From the NCBI GenBank assembly GCA_051294375.1, contig CM119265.1:13756124-13820123 (forward strand): a stretch of DNA of 64,000 nt. Reading direction: 5' to 3'. The stretch comes from Paraspadella gotoi. Taxonomy: Eukaryota > Animalia > Chaetognatha. Of the stretch, positions 26,228-38,457 are shown one piece after another. The notes beneath the pieces are model-generated. The model saw only the letters and a program-made list of their open reading frames with translations. It did no database searches and had not been told where the DNA came from. Within the stretch, counting starts at the first letter, position 1; the number at the start of each line of letters is the position of its first letter. The position numbers and the translations under genes are program-made.

Positions 26228-27789
26228 CATCCCTCCACTCTCAACATCTACGCACCTCTCGAATAGCTCATGTCCAAATAACATCCAGAAATGCAACCTG
26301 TGATGATATAATATAACTCATTACGCAGATGCTGGAGTCCATCAGGCGCATCTCAACTTAACAGAGTTCTCTACACCTCAACTGGCAGCTGCAATCACGA
26401 TGTCGCGTATAAAAGATATCGCGCCGCGATGACAACGTCAGAATTCTCGGATACCGCTGCTCGTGCAACTCAACGTTACGACTATGTAGCTATACACTGC
26501 TAATATCGGTACCAGAATATGCATAGGCTACAATTGGTTGAATTTGAAAGAAATTCTGCTTGATTTATCATTTGTGTTGTTGCTGCTGCCCTGTATCTGC
26601 AGCCGAAGACGACCAACTGACTTTGGTCGCCGGCCGGAAACATCGACGAAGGCGTCGCCTGGACGCGGAGCCATGCGATTGCACGTAATAATAAACGGAA
26701 AACTTGAGGGCGAGAATATCGTCATGGCCGCCTATAGGAAACGCACGCGAGGGCGGGCGGCTCATCCGGGAGAATCACGATATACAAAAATATAGCCATC
26801 ACTCATACACACACATCTATACGTAGACATATATATTGCCGAACGCGATGAGGGTTGGCTGGAACCGGACGACCACCCACCCATGTTGTCAGGTTTCCAG
26901 AAGATCGCCGGGGAAACGATCGACCAACCACCGGCGTGGATTCATCGACATGCGGCATTGAAAGAAGATGCCCGGCACTTCGATGTCATTGACGCCATGG
27001 AGTAGCGAGCATCGGACCCAGTGCTCCCATCGCGAGCGACGGGTATTATAGCCCAATTTTGTCTGCGGTTGCGCGTTGAAAGAGCCATGATTGGTCTTTG
27101 CTTTTCGCTGGCTGAGCCTTTATCCAAGTCGTTGTTGTTTGTTGTTGTTGACGCGAAAAGCTGGGATTCGTTTCTCAGACGGCGACGCAGGACGGCGCCC
27201 GGCCAGAAAAGTCCCGAAATCGTCGTCGTTCACGTGCAGGAGTCGCTTCTATGCCGCAAGACCTCGATGATCGAGGCCGAGCAAGGTCGACGTGATTTGT
27301 TGTTTGTGGACCGCGGGAGGCGGTCGAAGCGATGGATCTCGTCGATGGCCGCTGAGGCGGTTCGGAGGCCGGACTTTTCCACTTCGGTGCGCGAGCGCGA
27401 CTCCGGCTAGCTTCACTGACTTTCTTTTTAAGAGACCGAAGAAGGCGGATGGTGCCCGCCGGCCGCCGGAGAAAAAAGAGAAAGAAAAGAATGGCGGAAA
27501 GGCGAAGAACGTAAAATGCTGTCCTCCGCCGGGGCGCGTATTAGAATTCGGCAGATAGGAGAGCGGCAATTTGACCTACCGACCAGAGTCTCAAACGGCC
27601 ACGGCCCGGATTCGTCCACTGTCGATGCGGTCATATATACAAGAACATCAAAAAACACATACCCAGAAAGCGTAACCGCTCCATGTCTCGAAGTTTCCAA
27701 GCTGTAAAAATCCTAATAGACCAATTACCTCGTGAGAGCGAAAAAAATCAAAAATGGCGAATTGAAAATCGTTTAATAGAACGACACAA

Positions 27790-29180
27790 AAAAAGGGTGA
27801 TTTCTTATCCTGCTGCTCTGTGATACAAAAAAGCACCAACATCCATATAATTACATTCTCTCCCAATAACCTCAGCGCGAATAAATCTTTACTCTCTCTC
27901 GAAGTCACGACACGTATAACGTATAAATCACCGTAGAAGCTCTCCGCTGCTCTCGTCGTAATCAGCGTCGTGCTCCACGACATCGTCGTCTGCCCTTACT
28001 GGCGTCGTACTGAGAACACCGTCGTCGAGAAAAGAGAACATATAAGACTAGTACTCTTACACTCCGCCTGCGCTACACCCGCATCTCTCTTTATACATAT
28101 CGGCTTCCATAGTGACCAGTTTTGTTAATAGACTCGAATTCTCAATCCATAGTGCCCGAGACTGGCCGCTGAGAACTAGTCCTGTCTCCTCCTTCTCAAG
28201 GTTAACCTAAGAGACCTCGGTGTCCTCCCGTTTCCATACGCCACAATTCCCATGCCAGACTCCCTAACGTCTTTCTTCCAGAGCGCTCGTTACACCTCCA
28301 TGGCAATCTACAAGAACGCGCACAGCCAAGACGATTGAACGCTCTAAGCCTTGTTGCCTATGTCATGAAAACCGCCCAGGAAGATTCCATGAATGGTAAT
28401 CAAGGATCAATTGTGACGTGTCCAATTCGCCGCACACCGCTACCCTAGCCGTAATCTGGCAGCGACATGAGAACGCTGCTCTACCATCTCTCTCTCTCTC
28501 TCCTCTCTGGTACTATCTTCTCGTGCTGTCCGTTTTATCGTGTTCCTCTTCTCTTGACAACCTTCTTCTGTTTTTATTATTATACTTACCATATCTAATA
28601 TAGTAAATCATGTAAATCCGATTGATGTTTTCGGCCTTCCTTATATTGTACTATCTCTCCTGCTTATTCTTTATCGTTTTTATCGTATTTTTTTAACGTT
28701 TTCTTCCTTCAATTTCCGTGCTCGTCGCTCTCTCTCAATCTTTTCTCTCTCTCCGTCTCTCTTTCTGCTACCTCACTGCTCACCCAACATTAATAACACT
28801 AATATAATAATGCACGCATAAGGCGCACTTCCACTTCTGTAGACATTAAAGAGACTCTCCTACATAAATAGGACCATACTCGGCCTGAATCTTTCCAAAT
28901 GTGGATCAGTGATCATGTGACGACGGACACGCCAGTGGTGTAGGACATCGAACTCTATTTTAATCTCGCATGACTTTTATATCATCCCACGCTCCTTCGA
29001 GCTAATTCCTTCTCTCGCTCTTTGTCCACAAATCAAATCTTCTCGCGCCATCGCATTGTCTCGTACACTCGATTCCGATCACTAGCTCACATTTCAGTCA
29101 ATTCGAAGATATCTCGCATTTAAGGTTTTTCACAGTTTGACATCAGTCTCGCATGTTTCGTGCTTCTTGGCTTGTGAGCG
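27790..29180 (-). repeat. Insertion-riddled inverted copy of ~8760-9840
   Basis: Anchors: 28663-28750 is the reverse complement of ~9040-9128; ATGAATGGTAATCAA (~28389) of ~9450-9464; AAAAAAAGGGTGATTTC (~27788) of ~9821-9836. Sequence between anchors is padded with scattered insertions. Confidence 0.85.
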
Positions 29181-30764
29181 GTGGAGCACTCAGCTTCCCT
29201 CATTGTACCTTGATATTTTCCGTCTGTAGTGTCGTAATAATACTTATGATTGCTGTTCAATTTTGATTTATAATTTAAATCTTCATAAAGAAAATAAAAG
29301 ATGATTAAAGAGGAAGTCTAAATATACAATAACCAAAGAAAAATATTGCACAGACATATTCGTGAAAAATGTCATTAACAAAAACATAACTTCGTGGTCA
29401 CGGTTTAATGGTGAAAACAATACTCAATTAGGCAATGTAATAAACTAATATGGTTAAATACTAAATCTTTGCCAGTACAATACAAACCTCATAAGAAAAG
29501 TACATAAGTTATTGCCCTTAAACTAGAAAAATAAAAATCATATCAGCAAAACTTTAACCAAAATGTTAAATAAACGACTGAAACAAACAAAAAATTTAAA
29601 TTATGGATTTTACATAATACTCTCAACAACGGAATCTTTTAGTCCCAGTCCACATCCTCTTCTTAAATGGCATACGTTTTCTCCAGTGACGGACGAGGTT
29701 GATAGCTCGCTGAGGCGGCTTCGCCAAGTCTTGCAAAACGAAACTTCTTTCATCCGAGACTGAAGTTTTTGTCTTTTTAGTACGAGGAGCGACTTTAATG
29801 GGCCGCCCGTCAACTCTCGTCGTCCGGAATCAGGTGAAACGCGAACGGTCTTGCCGAACCGTTGATCGCTTGTTTGCGAGACTAGGGAAAACGTTGTTTT
29901 TTTTTACAATTTTGAAAATGATTACTTAATAGTAATTACAGCGTTAATATTCAGTACTCATTACGCTTACATTTTATTCTCAAGAAACTCTACCTTAGTT
30001 TTATTAGGTATTCACGCGTTTTCTTTGTGGTGATGAGCGCCGATTTTTAGTTCTTTACTGCGATTTTGATAGACCTCGATGTGGGCTTGTGCTTTCCAAG
30101 TCTCATTGCTAATTCGCTTTTGTCGGATCCGTAAACGAAGTCTTCGTCGTGGGACGTCCCCCTCGTTCGTTATAATCGTTCGTTTACCTTCCGCCCGTGT
30201 TAACGTCTAAGCTAGACCCCTTTCAAAGTCTTCCTCGTAGGTTTCCAGTATGTCCCTTCCCAAGCTGACGCACCGTATCAGAGAGTTTGTTGCTAGATAG
30301 TTTTCCTGAGATACTGAACAGTCATGCAAAACGAAAATCTAATCCATAAGTACTAATAGTCTCGACATCGACCACCTGCTCGTGCCTCATCGCGCGTACA
30401 TGAGTAAAGGCTTGATGACCCTCTCCCTCGTATTCCGCGTACTCTTCTTCACAATCGCAGGATTTTATTAATGCAATAGTGCAAGAAATTTAGAGTGGGC
30501 GTTTTCATCGGTCGCAGTAAGAAAGAAGCACCCGGGGGATTTTTGCAAGTGTGGCCAGTTTCGGGCGGCGCCTTTGTTTTAACTTTGTAGCGCCCAAGAT
30601 CTCCCGAACGGAAGAATCGGGTCCGCTAACCTACATAAAGCAATAGCGCGTTTTATGAGAAAAAATCCCAATAAAACTTATAGACAGGTAATTTACATCA
30701 GAAGCTTAATGTTAAAAGAGGCGATGAAAAGAAAAAAATGATGTCCTCCAAAATTTTCATACAC

Positions 30765-31491
30765 AACGTATTTGGCGATAGGGAGAGGCACATGACGGAA
30801 GTCTAGCCCCAACTTCGTCAAGCGCCCACAGCATATACTGGCAGTAACCAAGTACCTCCTGACAAAAGTGTCTAGCCCGCCGCCAAAAAACCATACAACA
30901 TCTGCTTCGCGAGTCGGACTTAGCACAGCAAAAATAAAGCCACAGGAGGAAGGAGGGCGGGGTTGACCTCAATGGGAGTCGCTAAAGCGAGCGCCCCTCA
31001 ACCACCAGGCGTCGTCGAGGGAGAACGAACTGCGCGCCAGCCGAAGCCTCGTCGCGATCCTGACAACGAACCGATGCGTGGCAATCTGGTCTAAGGTTAC
31101 AAAGGGCCCGCCTGAATTCAAAGAAAAAGGTGGCAGCCGAACACCACAAAGCACCGATTGCGTATCCGAGGATCTTCAGCAAAGAACGGGAACATCCAGG
31201 GTTACGAGCCACACCAATTGCCCAAGGAAAACCAAGGAAAAAGGGGGCAGAAAGCAACCGAAAAAGAAGAAGGTGGGAAAAACGAACTAAAAGTGGGAGA
31301 AGCACGCGACCGAAGGCGGGAGTATAGAATTTAATTCTCCTCAAGACCGTCATTCAAAAAGTCCGCAATAGTACTAATGTACTTTACTATGCTTAAAAAT
31401 TCATTTACAAATTGGCATATTTTATGCTTACAGGAAGAAGAGCCGGCCGAAGGGGATTACAGCGAAGACGAGGCATCGCCCCCAGGAAGAA
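30765..31491 (+). pseudogene. Possible decayed coding fragment truncated by the inverted-repeat junction
   Basis: A 63-bp GT-AG intron candidate (31371-31433) joins in phase 0 to EEEPAEGDYSEDEASPPGR, which is cut at ~31492 by the right arm. The upstream frame is hydrophilic and protein-like but has six stops. Confidence 0.3.
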
Positions 31492-32859
31492 CAAACCCCA
31501 ACCCTTTTTTTCTCTCTCTTTGTTTTCCCCCCTTCTCGCTTTCCTCTTATTTCTCTTCTCTCATTCTATCCTGGCTTGACCGACTTTCGTTCATCCTCAT
31601 TTTTTTTTTGTCCCCCTGAATTCATCCTGCGCTCATCGTGTTGTTGTCGTCGTCGTCGTCGTCCACGCCAGGGTTCTCGCCGTCGTTGTTCTCCAGTTCG
31701 TCGTCGTCATCGTCGCCGTCATCCTCGTCTTCCATCATAAATTTTCCGATTTATGTCAGATTTTTCTGTGTTTTGTTCTGGTTTATCTCCTTTTATTCCG
31801 GACGAGGACAGACCGGCGGCAACGATCTGTGAAGGTGGCGCCGTGGGGGGTAGAAAACGAGAAAGGGGGGGGGGAGTTTGAAGTGGTTCGAGCCGAGTCC
31901 CTAGAGATCGACGAACGGATGGAAAAGAGGGTTTTCCCAGTGGGGGGGGAGGGAAATTGACGTATGCGTCTGGTTGGGCGATCGACGGTTGGGGGGGGCG
32001 TGTCCTGCGGCGATCGTCAGGGGAATCCTAGAGGAGAGAGGGCGAGCGGACGAAAAAGACCCGAGCAGCGAATTTTTGAGGATCCCTTTCCTGACCTTCC
32101 GTGATCCCCACCGACTATCATCGACTGACTGTCGACCGCGGAGAAGAACGAGGGACTATAACTTATAGTATAAGTTGGCGATTTTAAATACGAAAGCGTT
32201 TTCAACTTTTGACTTTTCGAGTCGTCGGAAAGTTTTTTTGGCCGAGCGAAGAGATAAAACAAAAAATGGAAACGAAGGAAATGGGAAATGAAGAGGGCGC
32301 TGACGTTTGAAATGGCAAAGGCGATGGAGAGGACGAGAGCGATAGAAGTTGAGATGGCAATGGTTGTGGCAGTAAGCAATGGCGTTGGCGATGGCAACGA
32401 TGAAATAAAAAAAAAGAGAAATTTATGATGATGAGAAAAAAGATTAGCCCGAAGTCGAGAGACGATTAAGTTTTTTGTTTAGTCAATCGAAGATCGAGAA
32501 TGAGTCGTAAACATTTCTTTTAAAAGAAGAAGAAACGCGGCGGACGGAAACTCGAGGAAATTCCACAATAATTTACGATCCGCCATCTTTGATTCTCTTT
32601 TCCTTTTCTCCTTTTAAACTTTAAACATTGGAGAGAGAAGGAGATGGACGAAATATGAAGGGGGAAAAAAAGGAGAGAAAAAGAAGAAAGAAAGGAAGGA
32701 AGAAAACAATCTAAGACGACAAAGTAATTTATTTTCCCCCATTTTTTTACTTTCACCCATTTTTTTTTCTTTCTTTTTCTTAGAAAAGAAAATTCCGACT
32801 TGAAAATTTTGAAAGAAACAAAGTGAATTACCCTCTCCCATTCTCTCTCTCTCTGCTCT

Positions 32860-32912
<53 letters not shown>

Positions 32913-35900
32913 CCGCCCACGCTCGCGCCTTTGCCTCAAATTTATGCGTCCCCCGTAAAAAAGGTAGAGGGAGAAAAATATGGCCGCTAATCCTCAATGT
33001 CGCCATGAAAATGAACAACAAATCTCTGAAAACGTTTTTCGAAAATTTCTTTTTTAGTTTCGATAAAGACGGTTTATGAGCGAGAAAGAGCCTGTTGTGG
33101 TGGTCGCGAAACCTGATGTTTATTTTTGTGGTAAGAAATTGACTCAAAAATTTAAATTTATTCCCGAAAGCTAGTCAGGGTTAAGACTTAAGACAGAACA
33201 GGAATTGAGGTTTTTTGAATGGTTTCTCCAATGAGTTTAAGGGACAAGTTGGGAGAAAAAACCGCTCGGCCCGGGTTTTTAATGGTTGGAGAAGAGGCTG
33301 GATTCTATTGCGCACCAGCTGGTTTTAATTAGATTGTAGGTTTTCCGCTTAACGCACTAGATGCGGTCTTAAGAACGGGGTCTTGGATGACTGTGGATTA
33401 TCGAATATATAGACTGATGCAACAATGGAACGTTGGAACAGCTATGGGCCCGTGAAGGTAGATCTCGATCAAGGTCGATGATGCAGTTGTTGGCTGCGGC
33501 GAAGGACGGCTGCGGTGGAGGGCGGAAGAGCAGAGGTGAGTGCCAGTGTGGGCGGAAGCGGATGGCTGCGGCGGGGGCTGCGCTGAGCCCGGAGGCGTAT
33601 ATCCCCCCCAAAAAAAACGGGAAAGCCCGGGAAAAATGGGAGGAAAAGAAATGTGGCGTATTTGCATTTTTCATAAGCGATGTGAAATTACTGAGGGGCA
33701 GGTTTGGCTGGAGGGAATTTCATCTGACAACAGGTGCAGACAGAAGTGGAAGGAGGGAAGAGAGAGAGACGGAGATAGAGATGCCAGAAACAGTGAGAGA
33801 GAGAGAGAGAGAGATAAAGACCAAAGGCCCGGGCTCAAAAAGCAAATGGGGAAAATCGCACTTTTGAGAATTGCGCACAAATAATAGAGAGAAAAAAAGG
33901 CTAATGATTTTTTCTCATTTCTTTTTGTTCAAACGCTTTTATTGCTGTTTAGTTACGATCGTCGTAATTCGGCGGTCCTCGACGTCCTTTTCTTTTTTTC
34001 TTTTATTATCTTTCAAAAGTTATGGCCGCGGTTGTCAACGTGAGCTTGGTCGTCGCCGTTGTTGGAATCATATTGCTGTTTACAGCTTCTTCTTCTTTGT
34101 CGTCCGTCTCGGAAGTAAAAATTATTTGTTTAAAAATACTTACCCTAAACCCCCCCAAAAAAACTGACAAGATACGATACACCTCATCACCGCTTCTTCG
34201 TATCACGTGCCAATATCGGAATCTAACCTTGACTCTCCTCAGACCTCGCAGAAACTTTACGATCGCGACGCGTGACTCTCACTCTGAGACTCACAGTATC
34301 GTGAGACTCTGAAACGTAATCGTCATATTTTACTCCGTTGTTGTTGTTCTCCTTATCGTAGTCTCTTTCAACAGTGTCGACATTGGTGTCGACAATTCTG
34401 TTGTCATCCCCGTCAACTCATTGAAGAATCGTCATTTTCATCGTCATCGTCGTTATCAGGGGGCTCCGGGACCGGGGAGCAAGAACGAATGACAAAAGCG
34501 CGCGTGGAATGTTTGTGTTTTGACGACGCGCCGCGATTATGGACCGGAGCGGACGCGGCCCCCGATCACTGGCCCCGGCCAAACGGCGCTCGCGACGCCG
34601 CCCGGGAACCCGAGAGGAAAATTCTGCGAAGCGGCGCGGGATTTCAAAGTCGCCGATGGAATCCGGGAACTCGTCGGTGGCGCCATGTGATTATTTGTGA
34701 TGATGTGGCAGTTGGAATCGACGACAGATGAAAAAGGGTGCCATTGGCAAATCCCGTGAAACCTTTATGATATACTATGTAGCGGGTTAGTCTAAATCAA
34801 CGAGATGAGCTAAAAAAGTCTATTTTTGCGGGTTAATTAAAATGTTTATCGTATCGAATTTCGTTTGTTGCTATTTGTTTTATTAAATTAATTAACTATT
34901 GAATTTTAACGAGTATTTATTAATTAGAGTTAAAACGATGTGAACTAATTCATTAATTTCTATCATTCTTTTCTCTTTCATTTCTTCCCCTTCGACTCCG
35001 ACTTCACAAACAGGTAAGTCTCTAAATATTATTCGTCCGTAATGTAGCTTTTTCCGTAAAACCAAACAATGCCACAGCATTATGTTTACACACCCGTCTA
35101 TTCCGTTGCTACGGTAACCGTCTTTCCAATGAATTTCCTTCCATCCGTTCACCGTCATTTTCCAACTTCGTAAATTCGCCGGTGAGACGCCTTCCATTTT
35201 CACGTCCCTCGGTGAAGTCGAGACGCAGCCGCCATCTTTCTCACATTTTCCCAACCATAATCGTTCCTGGTCCCTCGTCGTATTTTTCCCGCCAAACTTT
35301 CCCATCCTCTGTTCCCCTTTCCCCCCTCCCTTCCCCACTCTTCTCCCATTCACGTTTCCCAGTCATTATCAGTTTCCCTTCCCCCATCCGGTGTTCCCAT
35401 CTGCCCTACCAGACTATTTTTCCCTGGATGATCGCGGCTCCAAAAAAAAAAAAAAAAAAATGCGCATAATTTGTCGACAGGTTTTCGCCGCCGCCGCGGC
35501 GCGGCGAATAGGGCGGCCGGGTTTCGGCGAGCAGGGCGGCCGGGTTTTCGGCGAGCAGGGCGGCCGGGTTTTCGGCGGGCGTCGCCGGTAGAATTCCGCT
35601 AATCGGCGAGCGGTGCTTCTCTCTCACTCGCTCGCGCGAATTGAGGAACGGAGCTCCGGGCGCCCGGCCTTTACCCCGCGAAACTGACGGGTTGAGGCTC
35701 CGGCCCGCGCGCGTTTCCTTGAAGCGGCGAAAGCGGCCTCGGCCATTGTCGCTTATCGAGTCGTCGGNNNNNNNNNNCTTATCCACAATTTATAATTTAA
35801 AAAAATTGTTGAAACGGTTGGTTGCACCAAAAGACTCAGCCAATACGTCACGACGGCGACGATGACATTGAAAGACAAAGAAAATTCCTTTTTAAAACTC

Positions 35901-36280
35901 TCGTCTCAATTCAGCGATTTTTTGGGTTTTTCTTTCTTTTTTTTTTTCTTCTTTTTTTCGTCGTCTTCACGGTCGTCGTCGTCGTCGTCGTCGTCGTCCT
36001 CGACGGCGGCATTTTTAATTGAACTGACGAATTCATGAATTTTTAATCTCTCGTTTTCATATTCTTTTTTTTTCCCTCGGAATTTGGTGCTTTCGTTTTC
36101 CCTTGCGCTCTTTTTGTTCATCCTTTTTCTCTCTTCATCTCCTTTTCTCTCTCTGTCTCTATCTTTCTGAATTCTCCACTCCATCTCCTCGATTGTCTAG
36201 TTTAAAATTTCTATTCTCTTTCTCTCTCTCTCTCCTTCCTTCTCCTTCTCTCTCCCACCTTTTTCCTCTCTCCCCAATTA

Positions 36281-36537
36281 TGAAATTGGTACAACCAATA
36301 TAAAAATTATCCATTCATTTAATAAATAAGCTATCTTGCCCCTGACTTTGGACAGGCTTTGGTGGTTTAAGGCCTCCATCACTCTTACAAGATAATGACA
36401 TAGCAGGTCCCTGCAAGTTTTCAATCAAGACTCTCTCACAGTCCCGTTTATTCACTCCCAGAGTACCTGGCTTCCCTATCAATGAAGTGGAAAATATTTC
36501 AAAGAATGTTTCAATTGTATGAAAAGACCACTCCCTA
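36281..36537. mobile_element. ~255-bp non-autonomous insertion present in only one arm
   Basis: The empty site in the left arm (reverse complement of ~15360-15380) is CCCCAATTATATTCATTTTC. Here TGAAATTGG...GACCACTCCC interrupts it, with TA on both sides. A diverged relative with the same left end lies at 54565. Confidence 0.75.
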
Positions 36538-36750
36538 TATATATTCATTTTTCACAAATTTTCATTAGTTCATTTTATATAATTTTTTTATATTAGTCAC
36601 GTTTTCTTTCATTTTTACGTGGCTTGCCGAATTTTTACTGTGATTTTTACTTTCTTTCTTTCTAGTTTTATATAATTTATTTTCTTTCTCCCGCCGTTAG
36701 TTAGTGCGAGTAGAGGATAAATTTCCGAACTCACTCGAGAACCAAAGGCG

Positions 36751-36804
<54 letters not shown>

Positions 36805-37065
36805 AGAATTCAAGTAGCAAAGATGTTGTGGAGGGGCGTCATCGCCGTCGTCGTCGTCGTCGCCCACACGGAGGTCAAGGTTCGATCACAACCTCTTCTG
36901 AATTCAAATTAGGCACTTTTCCTTCTTCCTTTCATCATATTTCCATAAGACTGGGGTTTACGCTCTTCCCAGCGCCGAGGGTCCTCCTCTTCATCGCCCC
37001 CTTTCCCGGGCGGGTCTAAAAATCCACCATCCTCCACTCCGAGAGTGGGTCTCCACCACTCTCAG

Positions 37066-37102
<37 letters not shown>

Positions 37103-37987
37103 TTTTCCCGAGCGCAAAGCTCCCGCTTTTCATTCTATACCCCTATTTTTTTTCTCGGTGGGTTTAAAGTCTACGTATAGTCTCGTTTTTCAAGTTTCCC
37201 TTTGAGGATTGCTTTATCCTGTGTCCAGCTTTCTACATTCTACATTATAAATGCAATATCAACCAAGTTTTCCACTAAAAAGGAATCATGCCACACTTTT
37301 TCTCGATTTAGGTTTAAATCTTCAATCTTTTGATTTCATTATTTTCTTTAATTTATTCTCAATGCGGAATTTTAATTATTCATCATCCGCTTTTTAATCT
37401 TTCTATTAACCTTCTGGGTCAGATTTCTCGTCTTCAATTCTCCTCTCAAAATCTTTTTTCGTTTCAAAAAGGCCCCAAGTTGGTCATTCTCTCCTCTTTC
37501 TTTTCTCTCGTTTATCCTGTCTTCTCTGCAAAAGTTCTACATCTTGCACTCTTTACTATTTCCCTTCTTTCCTTTTCCTTTTCCTGCGAACCATTTTTAG
37601 CTTCCTTAGTTCAGGTTCTATGACTCTCCGACTCTCTACACCTCCAATTGGAGAAGAAGCTCTTCCTTCTTTTCCTGTTTTCCCCCCAAACATGGCTTCC
37701 TTTCACTTCTTTCCATGTTTTTTTTTTACTTTCTGTCCAAGAATAAAAAAAGGGACGTTTATGCTTTTCTTTCTTTTTTTTACTCTTTTTTTTCTTTTCT
37801 TCTTTTCTTCTTTTGTATTTCCTCTTGTCGGGTTACGTTTGAAAATCGATGCTTTTGAACAGATTTTAAATCGTTCTCGAACCTCACAATTCAAAAGAAA
37901 AGCTTTCGCTATTATTCAAGATTGCTCGCTGGCGTTTTTTTAGTTTGTTGCCCTCTTTCCTTATCTTTCCTCTCCCTTTCTTCAACC

Positions 37988-38022
<35 letters not shown>

Positions 38023-38363
38023 CCTCTCTCTCCCTCTCTCTCTCTGCTCTCTGCCCATCTCCATTTTTCACGCTCTCCCGCTCAGCTTCTTTTTTTAAAA
38101 AAAAAAGAAATCCCTGATCGCATTCGCGTCTTTGCCTGATTAAAATTTCCGATTTCTTTTCACTTGATTTTTTGTTACGGCCAACTTGAGATTCGCCGCC
38201 CTTGAGGAGATTTAAGGCCGCCGAGGGTCGGGCCTGGCTCTGGAAGGAGGAAGAGGAGTGAGGAGTGAGAGGTGGAGGAGGAGGAGAAGAGAGGAGAGGG
38301 AAAAAGGAAGTAGCGCTCGGCGAGAACACGCCCACTTTTATGCCATAATCCGCGGATTCTAGA

Positions 38364-38457
<94 letters not shown>

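Noticed and set aside
26229-27150. Possible long-read adapter remnants (CTCTCAACA, GTTGTTGTTG)
   Set aside because: Matches are too short and low-complexity to distinguish from local repeats.
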